A stretch of 64,000 bases of DNA from an uncultured Verrucomicrobiae bacterium (GTDB lineage Bacteria; Verrucomicrobiota; Verrucomicrobiia; Chthoniobacterales; Terrimicrobiaceae): positions 28,407 through 92,406 of the forward strand of contig CAVPOC010000013.1 of NCBI GenBank assembly GCA_963706955.1, written 5' to 3'. Below the pieces are notes generated by a model that saw only the letters and a program-made list of their open reading frames with translations, made no database searches and had not been told where the DNA came from. This document shows, in pieces, positions 39,741-48,474 of the stretch. A program made the position numbers and the translations under genes. Numbering within the stretch: the stretch's first letter is position 1; each line of letters starts with the position of its first letter.

Positions 39741-40417
39741 AGTCGGAATGGCGCAGGTTTCCCGACGAGTTTTTGAAGCCCTGTTAGTTCTCCGTTCCTT
39801 CTATGTTCTTTCTTTGTTCTTTCTATTGTAGGACTGAAGGCCGTTTTCTGATTAGTCGCAACGTAAGGACTGCTGGTCGCAACGCTGGGACGGTCAGTCG
39901 CAACCGATAGCAGTCGGAACGTAATCGGGCCACGCAACTTCGGCGTCTCGTATTCGATGACCCCTATCTCTCGAAGAAGCGGGAGAACGCGCTGGACGGT
40001 TTTGGTTGATATATTTCCCGCTAAGCGCGCAAGGTGACCTTGGAGCGTTGTGATCTCTTCTGCTCCTTTGTCGCTCGCGTTTTCGGTAAGCGCGCAATAG
40101 ACGCCTAGTGCATACGGAAGCAGGCTATCTCCATCAAGGCGCTCTCGTATCTTTCGGAGCGCCTCTTTGTTCTGCCAGCAGAAGGGCGGCTCTGGTGTGC
40201 GTGATCGTGTGCCGCTCATTGCAGAAGCCCTTCCCGTTTTCAGAATTTCGATTAGCCGCTCCGGTTCCTGCTTGGCCTCGCTAGCTATGCGTGCAAAGAA
40301 TTCTCCGACATCCGTAAACCCGCGAGCGGCCAGTGCATCACGCTGGCCGTTTGCATGTACAGACTTCGGCGGATCAGCACCGGTTTGAAGCCAGCGCTCT
40401 TCGTTTTCGCCGGCCAT
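39737..40417 (-). CDS. Putative replication initiator with a winged HTH
   Basis: GVYCAL...LARLAGNISTKTVQRVLPLLREIGVI, followed by short repeats (VATDRPS/VATSSPY/VATNQ). It is coupled to the DnaB-like gene. Confidence 0.65.
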   Translation of the reverse strand: MAGENEERWLQTGADPPKSVHANGQRDALAARGFTDVGEFFARIASEAKQEPERLIEILKTGRASAMSGTRSRTPEPPFCWQNKEALRKIRERLDGDSLLPYALGVYCALTENASDKGAEEITTLQGHLARLAGNISTKTVQRVLPLLREIGVIEYETPKLRGPITFRLLSVATDRPSVATSSPYVATNQKTAFSPTIERTKKEHRRNGELTGLQKLVGKPAPFRL

Positions 40418-40418
40418 A

Positions 40419-40604
40419 TTAGTTGATCTCCTTGATGGTCAGTTTCTCGAGGGCTTTCTGGACGGCAACTTGTCGTAAATAACTCGGCGCCCGAGCTTTA
40501 GGTGAGGAAGCAGCCGGTCTGTTCCGCATGTTGATCAAGTGTCGCTGACTTACCCGCAGTTCCTTCGCCAGTTCCTCCTCGGTCGTGTAGTGGTTTGCTT
40601 GCAT
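40419..40604 (-). CDS. Excisionase/AlpA-like small HTH protein (possibly degenerate)
   Basis: YTTEEELAKELRVSQRHLINMR, at the head of the rep-helicase operon. Confidence 0.7.
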   Translation of the reverse strand: MQANHYTTEEELAKELRVSQRHLINMRNRPAASSPKARAPSYLRQVAVQKALEKLTIKEIN

Positions 40605-40914
40605 TGTGTTGCGTGTGAGCTACCCTGGCAGGGTGTTTACATTATGACTGTCACTGAACTGGCTGACGTGAAGGTGTTACGCGGCAAACAATATATGCAC
40701 GGATAAGGCGCGGGAAGGTCCAGCGAACCGGAAAATTGACGAAGAATCGGCGTGGGAAGGCCTCTCCGCGACTACGAAGCACCGCCTGCGGAGCTACTTT
40801 CAATACCCCGAGGTGGAAGGTCTTTGAGATTCGTTGCCGCCGAGAGCGAATCAGTCCTTTTACGGTCCTTGAGGTTTTGGTGTCACGCTGCCGCAAGGAC
40901 CCCGACTGCTCGCA

Positions 40915-41750
40915 ATGGGTATTCTCCTTACCCTTTACTCGCCTCGCCCGTTTCTAAAGCACCTGAAGCAAGAAATTTCCGGCAGGGTGAACTCCAGCAA
41001 CGCGACTCTAGAGGCTGAGTTTGCCACGCTTATTGGCCGCCCTCCGCGTATGGAATACCGGCGTAGTAAGCCTGTATTGCCAAGGGAGGCGACCTTCATG
41101 GAAATGTGGAATGAAGCAAAACACTACATCTACCGTTGCCTCTGGAAAGGTGGCTGGAGGTATAAGGTTTCCCCCATGATTCAGAACTTTAGTGGTGACC
41201 GCCATCGGCTAATTATGCGTCCCGATTGGCAGCTATCGCTCTCGAAAAACTCGCGCCACGACCTAGAAGACCTAAACTTGGCGCACTCAACGCAAACCGG
41301 CGAGTATTTTCCCCGGCACTTTGGTTCGGCGCGGCGCCGCAAGTGGGAGCCTGCTCGAACTGAAGGCCGGAGTTCGAGAAATTCCTCTCGAAGCTTTTCC
41401 TGCTGGATGGCTCTAAGCGGAGTCGGTTGGAAAGGGTATTGTCGCGATTCGCGTCCCTGCCGACCACTTTGTCTTATGGGCGGACCAGAGTTGAATTCAC
41501 GAATGCCGACGAGAAAGCGATTTCCTGGCTCGGAGGACAGACCGGCGGCGACTACGCCAATGCAAGGAGACTCGCGGGAGCGCTCGCACGACGCAATCTC
41601 GGCATGCTCTCGAATGGGCGGTTCTGGAGGTTGACTAACCGAATCTTCAATATCCGCGGGAATCCGAAGGGAGTTCAGGCAATCGCCACAATCTTCTCTC
41701 GACTCTCGCTCGGCACGATCGAGAAGAATCGTTCCGCGTCCTCAGGCTGA
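40915..41750 (+). pseudogene. Fragmented hypothetical gene convergent with the integrase
   Basis: Overlapping ORFs 40915-41634 and 41427-41750 carry protein-like segments in alternating frames. Confidence 0.35.
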
Positions 41751-42828
41751 ACCCTGGCGCGGTAGTGACGGAAAAACGTGCGTGGGTTGGTGTGGCCGGC
41801 TTGAGCCATCGTTAGGCCGGCATCATTATGCAGCGCGTAATGGTATGAGCAAAAGCAGTGTCGCAGCGCGTCGGGCGGCCACGTTTTGATGCGAGCCGCC
41901 TCCCTGGCCTTTTGAAGGCGGGCAAAGTAAGAGTCACCATGGGGAGATACGAGGCCAGCTTTTTTCCGATACGGCATGAGCCACTCAATGAGGTTGTCGG
42001 GCATTTGCACCCAACGCACAGAGGCGTTGTCTCCGCTGTTCTTGGTCGATAGCGGTTCCACATCGATTAGCTTCCGCTTGAAATCGATCCTGTTCCAATG
42101 CAGGCGCCAGACTTCGGACTCGGGGCGAAGGCCGGCGAACATGCCAAGCGCAACCGCAGGAAGGATTTTGTCATCGCAAGCGGAGAGGAGTCGTGCGCAT
42201 TCATCCACGGTTAGAATCCCAGGCTTGCCGCGCTTCACGCTCGATTTCGACTGCTTGGAGATTGGCACCTGGAGGACGTACCTGCGATCGACAGCAAAGC
42301 CGAATAGGACGCCCAGCAATCGGCGGTAATTGTTCTTGGTCGTGCCAGAGTAGGGGATCGCGGTTATCCAGTCGTCAACCATTTGCTGGCTGACATCTAC
42401 GGCGCGCTCATCGCCAAACGATGCGCAAATATATTCAGTCGGATGCGAGGATCCTTTAGATAGCGTGCAGACATCCCCGCAGCCTTCTTTACCGAAAGAA
42501 GCTCGTCCACAATTTGTCTGATGGTCTTGTCGCCGGTAGCGGTCGCAGCATGGCGCCCGTAAAAGTCCGCGCATTCCCGAAGCGAGATTTTATAGGGAGC
42601 GATCAATTTGAGTGCGGCTTCGGCGTCTATTCTGTCAGTCGCACGAAACCTAAAAGCTGAATCTCCCTCGCTCTTCCGCCTGGCGCGCTGAACCTGCGCC
42701 CATGCCTCAGCTGTTTTCTCGCTTGAGAAGAATAGGCGCTGTCCCTTCCCGGCGATTCTGGCGTCCACCAGCACCGCGGGCTTGCCGTTCTTTATTACCG
42801 GCTTAATGATTGGCCATGATTTGTTCAT
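41675..42828 (-). CDS. Tyrosine recombinase/integrase, frameshifted near 42424
   Basis: The N-terminal ORF 42397-42828 is joined to a catalytic ORF with AGLRPES (R), DALRHCF, AGHTN and FRHYRA (Y). It lies adjacent to attR. Confidence 0.9.
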
Positions 42829-42878
42829 GGGGTTAACCTTGGCACCAAATTGGCACCTAAGTCAAGGTTACCTGTTAT

Positions 42879-42938
42879 GGGGCGGACTGTAAATCCGCTG
42901 GCTTACGCCTTCAGTGGTTCGAATCCACTCCTGCCCAT
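42879..42938 (+). repeat. attR: duplicated 3' 60 bp of tRNA-Tyr
   Basis: Identical to 32585-32644. Confidence 0.95.
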
Positions 42939-43070
42939 GTTTTCGCGAAGCGAAAAGTGATGACCTGTCTGGTGGATGAGAATTTGTTCGACTACCCGCG
43001 CGGAAGCGCTCGTTTGGGCGGAGCCAAGATGTAGAGCCCGACTTAGTCGGGATAATCCACTCCTGCCCAT
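42939..43070 (+). repeat. tRNA-linked palindromic repeat, copy A
   Basis: GTTTTCGCGAAGCGAAAAG...GGATGAGAA...TTCGACTACCCGCGC...CCAAGATGTAGAGCCCGACTTAGTCGGGAT, ending in the tRNA 3' fragment AATCCACTCCTGCCCAT. Confidence 0.9.
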
Positions 43071-43379
43071 TACTCTGAAAAGCCCATAAAATCAGGTTCT
43101 TCGGGCTTTTTTCGTATTTTTCCGCACTTGCACCACGATGCACAGAAAAGCATCAAAATGCGAGTTTTATTGGCAGTAGTTGGCAGCAAACTCACTAGAA
43201 GCTGAACCTTCTCCTCGTTCGCTGTGCAACCAGCGAGCCGCAATTCTCAAACTCGGCCTCACGAGCCGCGTGCGATATAATGACAACGAGAAAACAAGCC
43301 TGTCCTCCGATAGCCGTTCCAGATCGTGCTGTGCGGCAACAAGGGTTGCACCTTCGGGGGCAGGCTTTTTTCACAAGTT

Positions 43380-43872
43380 ATGAACACTCGATCAAACCGG
43401 GGCGGCCAGAAGGTCGCCAAAACTGAAACAAATAACCGTCTCAACGAGATTCGCCAACAATCTGCGCGAACTTGCCTACTTGCTCGATGACAAGAGACCA
43501 CTCGCAGAGTTCCTAGACGAGCACTGCGGATGGGTCCTGACCAACCTGGTGGAGGAAAAGGCCAGCACCGTAGGCGAATGGTGCGATATCATCAGCCAGG
43601 TCGCGCCCTGGAAAACGGAAGCGGAGTGCCGGGCCTTCGTGGATCGGGTCCGCCCGAAGTTCGAGGAAACGGCGATCTTTGAGGTCTACCTCGACGACGA
43701 TGGGAAGTGGGACGTCGGAATGTTTGATTCCAGATACTCTCATTGGCATTGGATCTGGCTGCATTGCCGCGAACACGGAATTGAGTTCGAGGAAGCCCGC
43801 AAGGCATTTTTGCGAGGCGAGCTGGAGAAGTTTCTTGTCTCGAAGGGAACCATCGAACCTGTCGCCGCGTAA
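43380..43872 (+). CDS. Hypothetical protein (N-terminus probably frameshifted near 43460)
   Basis: Protein-like ORF 43480-43872. The upstream ATG 43380 is in another frame, and a GC hairpin follows at 43893-43925. Confidence 0.55.
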
Positions 43873-44131
43873 CCAACTCTCAACCCAACAAGAGCCCGCC
43901 CCGGGAACCGCGCCCGAGGCGGGCTATGGAGGGCGGCTGCCAACTGTGGATTGAAGAAAGCGGCCCGTGCGTTCGGTTAGCATTGTAGCGCCCCTGCGCA
44001 TTTCCGGGAGTCGGGGCGATCACTGCAAAAGCCCTACGGAGTCTCCTGTCGTCGCAGCTTCTCGAAAGTTCGTAGCCGCCAATACGTATACTCCCCTATA
44101 GGTACGAACAGTCTCCACGGCTAAAAAGGGA

Positions 44132-44275
44132 ATGTTGTTGGGCATGGTGATGAAGAGGGCAAAACCAGAGAATTTTCCCGGTGAAGCGGCTATGTTAGTG
44201 GTTATCGGAGTATCTCTCCTACTCGACTTCGCACTGGCCTTCCTTGCAAGCGTGTTCTCAAGTCGCCCTGGTTAG
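44132..44275 (+). CDS. Small single-TM protein (47 aa)
   Basis: MLLGMVMKRAKPENFPGEAAMLVVIGVSLLLDFALAFLASVFSSRPG. Confidence 0.35.
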   Translation: MLLGMVMKRAKPENFPGEAAMLVVIGVSLLLDFALAFLASVFSSRPG

Positions 44276-44501
44276 CGAGCCGCGGCAGGCTCGCTGTTAT
44301 GGACAATCAGAAGTCGGACAGTCTCCAGTATCGCACAGCGCCGGCCTGTGATGCGCCACTTGGGTGACAAAGCCAGCCAAGGCCAGAGCCGCAGCGATTC
44401 CTAGAATGACGGCGATAGTGCGCATGATTTGTGGAGGCGTTTAGCCTATTCCGGAACTCACGTCTAGCTTGCGTCAGAAATGGCCGGGGCCGGCCCTTGC
44501 T

Positions 44502-44768
44502 TCACGCGTGAATCCGCAGCAAATGCTGCCACGCGCGGAAGTCGCCGTTGAATCCCAAGCTCTGCGCGACTTGGCAGCTTGAGATAAGCTCGCGCTCGAT
44601 TGCCTTGTTTCCCTTGTTAGGTCGCTCGCAGAGGAACCGGTAATGCTTTCGAGCTTGGTAGAGGTGAGCAACAAACTTGTCATGTTCGCTAGCTTGCAAC
44701 AGCCTCAACAACTGTCCCACTATCTGTTGCACCTCGGTGAGCTTCTCTATGAACGTGGCGCGGTTCAT
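44502..44768 (-). CDS. Intact copy of the small 'GFNGDFRAWxHLLRIH' protein family (88 aa)
   Basis: MNRATFIEKLTEVQQIVGQLLRLLQASEHDKFVAHLYQARKHY...GFNGDFRAWQHLLRIHA. Confidence 0.75.
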   Translation of the reverse strand: MNRATFIEKLTEVQQIVGQLLRLLQASEHDKFVAHLYQARKHYRFLCERPNKGNKAIERELISSCQVAQSLGFNGDFRAWQHLLRIHA

Positions 44769-45355
44769 GACGTGTAATATCACGATACGGTAGCGCCGTT
44801 CAAGCTTACTTACTGAAGGAGCAATAAAACAGCCTTGCGGCACCTCCGGCGACGAGCAGAAACGCGCCTGCAGTTACAGCAGCGAGCCAAAGTTGTGGTT
44901 GTCGGGCTGACGGCGTAACGGGCGGCGTTTCTCCATCTCGCAGAAGCAAGCCAACTCTGCGCAACTTTATGCATTTTGCAACCTTGCGAAACTCTGCGAA
45001 AATGGATACGGCAGCCTACCTCAGGAAAAGCCCATTTTAGAGGGAAGCTGCCGCGGGCGTGAGATTATGCGCCGCTAAGAGCCCTGCAACCTGAATTGCG
45101 TATAAGGATGCAGGGTTTTTTCTGCAAATCGACCGATAAACAAAACTGCTTCGCAATCGCCCCGCGAGTGCCACAAGCGCCGGGGCTTCTGCTTTATCTG
45201 AAAGGGAGCGGGCTACTTTGTCGGGCTGTGCACGTCTGCAAATGGAGCAAGCTGCCCGTTAACCATCATGGGAATTCCTCTTCCTGCCATAGGGCCCGGC
45301 CCGCGTCGGGGGCTTGCACGGCATCCGCCGTCGACGGCCGCCGCGAACGATAGGT

Positions 45356-45475
45356 ATGATTGCGTCAATCCTTATGCTAGCCGCAGCTGGCTATTCCTTG
45401 TTGTATCTGCTCTTGGGCGGTGGCTTGGGCGGAGCCATACTTATCTTCATCGTGGCGAAAATGCTCGGTCGGTGA
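45356..45475 (+). CDS. Small glycine-rich membrane protein (39 aa)
   Basis: MIASILMLAAAGYSLLYLLLGGGLGGAILIFIVAKMLGR. Confidence 0.6.
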   Translation: MIASILMLAAAGYSLLYLLLGGGLGGAILIFIVAKMLGR

Positions 45476-45575
45476 GACTGCCAGCGCTCAATGGACTGGC
45501 AGCTCCTGAGGAAGGAAAAAAGCCCCTTGCGGCAACCACGCCACGAGCAGAAACGTGCCTGCGGTCACGGCGAGC

Positions 45576-45983
45576 ATGATGAGCGACAAGATTTCCATCG
45601 ACTTCGTTCGTGAAGGAACAGGCAAACGCATCTTCCGCCGGCAGTATTCGCGAGAACTCGTTGAGCGGGTTTGCAAAGAGCGCGGTTTGACCGAACGGGA
45701 ATGGGTTACGGGAACGCTGGGCAAAGCTCTGAGTTTTCTGGGATGGGAAAGCATGAGCGCTAGCACCCTCCAATTCACAAGCAACGACGACGCGGTCTTG
45801 CAGATCCAGATTCCCGCTACAGCATGGTACGCCTTCGAAGTCTGCGCGGAGCGAAGGAAAGTCGACCCGGCAAGCCACTTAGCCGTTCTCGTTGGCCGGT
45901 CGATAGCGAACGGCATCACCGTCGCAGAGATGGTGGAGTGGCTCCGCCCTCGAGAAAAGCACGCCCGACATCGCGAGGTTTAA
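45576..45983 (+). CDS. Hypothetical protein
   Basis: Clean ORF with two similar beta-helix-helix-like halves. Confidence 0.55.
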   Translation: MMSDKISIDFVREGTGKRIFRRQYSRELVERVCKERGLTEREWVTGTLGKALSFLGWESMSASTLQFTSNDDAVLQIQIPATAWYAFEVCAERRKVDPASHLAVLVGRSIANGITVAEMVEWLRPREKHARHREV

Positions 45984-46413
45984 GGCAGCGCAACCGCACG
46001 GGGCTTCGCATGAGAAGGAGCCTGGAAGAAACAGCGAAGCGACTTAGGAACACCATTGGCTGGTTACGCTTGTCGAGGGCCAAGGTCAGGGTCACTGGGA
46101 GCAATCACGGAAATCGCAGATTGCTTGGTCGGACCCTAAACCACAACGGACCCGGGTTGCCACAAGCGCTAGGGCGTTTCGTTTCTGGTCCAAAAGAGGA
46201 GCCCGGCTAGGTGTGAAGAACATTCCGTTTAGCCGGGCTGCGTTGCCTTGAGGATGTGGTGACTTTGACCAGATTGTTTCTATCCTTTAAGCAGGAAAAG
46301 GCGCTCATCGGGGTCCCTACTGAGAATGCTATCAGCAGTGATGTATTCGCAGCAAGTGCTCCCACTGACACGGTCAAAGTAGGTCGCCCAAACGATTTCA
46401 CGCATTAATCGTT

Positions 46414-46776
46414 ATGAAACTAATCGCCCTTACCCTACTTTTGACTGCCGCAATTGCTGGCAGCTCTTGGTCACAAGATACAAACGCTGACAACACCGGC
46501 AAAAACGTGCGTGATAGGGACGATCAATCGGTGACAGCCACCGATCAGTCAAATGATCCAGCCGACCTTAAGCTGACCGCGGATATTCGCAAGATGGTCG
46601 TTGGCGATGACTCTCTTTCGATGATGGCGAAGAACGTCAAGATTATAACGATTGGTGGCGCCGTCACGCTTCGGGGGCCTGTCGAAAACGAGAAAGAGAA
46701 AGCCGCGATTGAAAGCCACGCTAAGCAAGCAGGTGCAAAAAAGATCACCAACGAACTCGAAATCAAAAAGTCGTAA
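46414..46776 (+). CDS. BON domain protein
   Basis: Signal peptide, ADNTGKNVRDR, DLKLTADIRK, NVKIIT..GAVTLRGPV and ITNELEI. Confidence 0.9.
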   Translation: MKLIALTLLLTAAIAGSSWSQDTNADNTGKNVRDRDDQSVTATDQSNDPADLKLTADIRKMVVGDDSLSMMAKNVKIITIGGAVTLRGPVENEKEKAAIESHAKQAGAKKITNELEIKKS

Positions 46777-46791
46777 CCACAGAACAAACTT

Positions 46792-47316
46792 ATGTCTAAA
46801 TCTATTGTAGGAATCGCAAATTCCACCAGCCAAGTTGAGGCTACGCTGGCCGATCTTCAGAACGATGGCCTAGTTCCCTCCAGCGATATCTCCCTTCTCA
46901 TGCCGGACTCCGGGCCAAACGCTGGAGACGCACCGGAATTGGGAGCTGTCAAAGCAACCAAGGCTCCTGAAGGAGCAACGACGGGTGCTTTGAGTGGTGG
47001 TGCCATCGGTGGCACGGTGGGGCTGCTAGCTGGGATTGGAGCCTTGGCAATTCCCGGCTTGGGGCCATTTATTGCCGCCGGTCCCATTATGGCGGCGCTG
47101 AGTGGCGCGGCGGCAGGCGCGACCGCAGGCGGCCTCGTCGGCGGTCTTGTCGGTCTAGGAATTCCCGAATATGAGGCAAAGGCGTACGAAGATCGCATCA
47201 AAAAGGGCGGATACCTCGTGGCTGTCCACGTCGAAGATAGTAAGAAGGGCGATGTTGTCCGCGAGATTCTGAAAAGGAATGGTCTGGACGACATCTCGTC
47301 AGTATCAGAAAAATAG
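46792..47316 (+). CDS. General stress (YflT/17M-like) glycine-zipper membrane protein
   Basis: TKAPEGATTG, LAIPGLGPFIAAGP and GLGIPEYEAKAYE..IKKGGYLVAVH. Confidence 0.85.
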   Translation: MSKSIVGIANSTSQVEATLADLQNDGLVPSSDISLLMPDSGPNAGDAPELGAVKATKAPEGATTGALSGGAIGGTVGLLAGIGALAIPGLGPFIAAGPIMAALSGAAAGATAGGLVGGLVGLGIPEYEAKAYEDRIKKGGYLVAVHVEDSKKGDVVREILKRNGLDDISSVSEK

Positions 47317-47703
47317 TTCCGTAAACTGAAGGATTGTCCCGCCGACCCAAATGCATGAGCTAGCCGCCACAAATAGACGGTTGATTTTTCAAGGTTCAAT
47401 CTTGATTTGTGGCTGTTTGCCCAGGGCCGACTATTCGAAGCCATTCAAGCCAATCATGAACCGAATGTGCGGGGTCTAGTGCTCGCAGGTTTTCGACGAT
47501 TTCAGGTTCAACGGGCTTTGCTTTTCGACGGCAAAACATGCGACCTCTGGGGGCGGCTTTATTGCTCACGTTAGACTTGCGACTGGCGCGAGAGCTGCAC
47601 CCCCGTGTTTTAACGTTCTAACGCGTCAATGAGCCCTTCCAGGCTTGTGGCGCAAATGTTTGCTGCTACTGAAAGCCCCTTTGCTGTCGTCTGGATTCCC
47701 GCT

Positions 47704-48221
47704 TTAAGCGCTTCGAGTTGGAGCTTCGATTTGGGGAAACGTCTCGCCGATATCGCATTCGACGCGGAAGCGCGCCGCCTGCTCGCGCAAGCGCACTGCG
47801 ATCTCCCAAGCACGCACGGCCTGGCGACGGTCGAAGCCAGCCCCTGGCACACCGATTTCCAAGGGCTGGCCGCCGTAACGAATTTTCTTAGGAATCAGAG
47901 CCACTGAAAGGGAATCGGCGACTCGTCGCTACATAGAAATTGGACTGCTCCAATGGCAGTGTCTCTGTCGACAGTCAGCGCAGAATGCCTGGCGCACTCA
48001 CGCCGGCATTGCCAGCCCGTGACGATGGGATCGGCGTGAACAGGGAACTCCTTGTACGGATAGCCGGCAGCGTCTACACGGTCGGAATAAAGCAAAATGC
48101 CCATTGCTAGGAGTTCCGATTCGCGTTGAAGCGCGACCGCATTGAGTTCCTTGTCGAACGCCTCGACTAGCCTTTCGAAAATTGGACGAACAAGCTTAAT
48201 GGATTCCTCACTCCTGCCCAT
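47704..48221 (-). pseudogene. Hypothetical gene fragment(s) abutting the tRNA 3' fragment
   Basis: ORFs 47895-48221 and 47704-47904 overlap. The first ATG is supplied by the att-like 13-mer. Confidence 0.4.
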
Positions 48222-48363
48222 GTTTTCGCGAAGCGAAAAGTGATGACCTGTCTGTGGATGAGAATTCCGCCGTGGCGAATTCGACTACCCGCGTGATAGC
48301 GCTGGTTTGGCGGAGCCAAGATGTAGAGACCGCGGTCAGTCGGGATAATCCACTCCTGCCCAT
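48222..48363 (+). repeat. tRNA-linked palindromic repeat, copy B
   Basis: Near-identical to copy A, with an extra hairpin (AATTCCGCCGTGGCGAATT). It ends in AATCCACTCCTGCCCAT. Confidence 0.9.
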
Positions 48364-48474
48364 TACCTCCAGACCCGCACGGATAAAGGTTATCCGGGTT
48401 TTAGCTTTTCAGAGGCGTTTCTCAGGAAACGGATGGAAACGACTGGAAGTGGCTCGAACTTGTCCACCCGATTC

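Larger units (their letters stand above)
32585..42938. mobile_element. Integrated phage-derived/satellite-like element in tRNA-Tyr (~10.3 kb)
   Basis: Identical 60-bp direct repeat at 32585-32644 and 42879-42938. A tyrosine integrase lies next to the right copy, with HTH, rep, DnaB-like and ClpP-like genes inside. Confidence 0.92.
43058..48221. mobile_element. Second, integrase-less island bounded by tRNA-Tyr 3' fragments (~5.1 kb)
   Basis: CACTCCTGCCCAT at 43058-43070 and 48209-48221. Bases 43054-43189 resemble 32628-32765, the left end of the first element. Confidence 0.65.

Noticed and set aside
41675..42828. Integron integrase IntI
   Set aside because: It sits beside a tRNA att with arm-like sites and a phage-type N-terminus, and I do not recognise the IntI-specific insertion.
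42879..42938. Second tRNA-Tyr gene
   Set aside because: It lacks the 5' acceptor strand and D-arm, so it is the att duplication.
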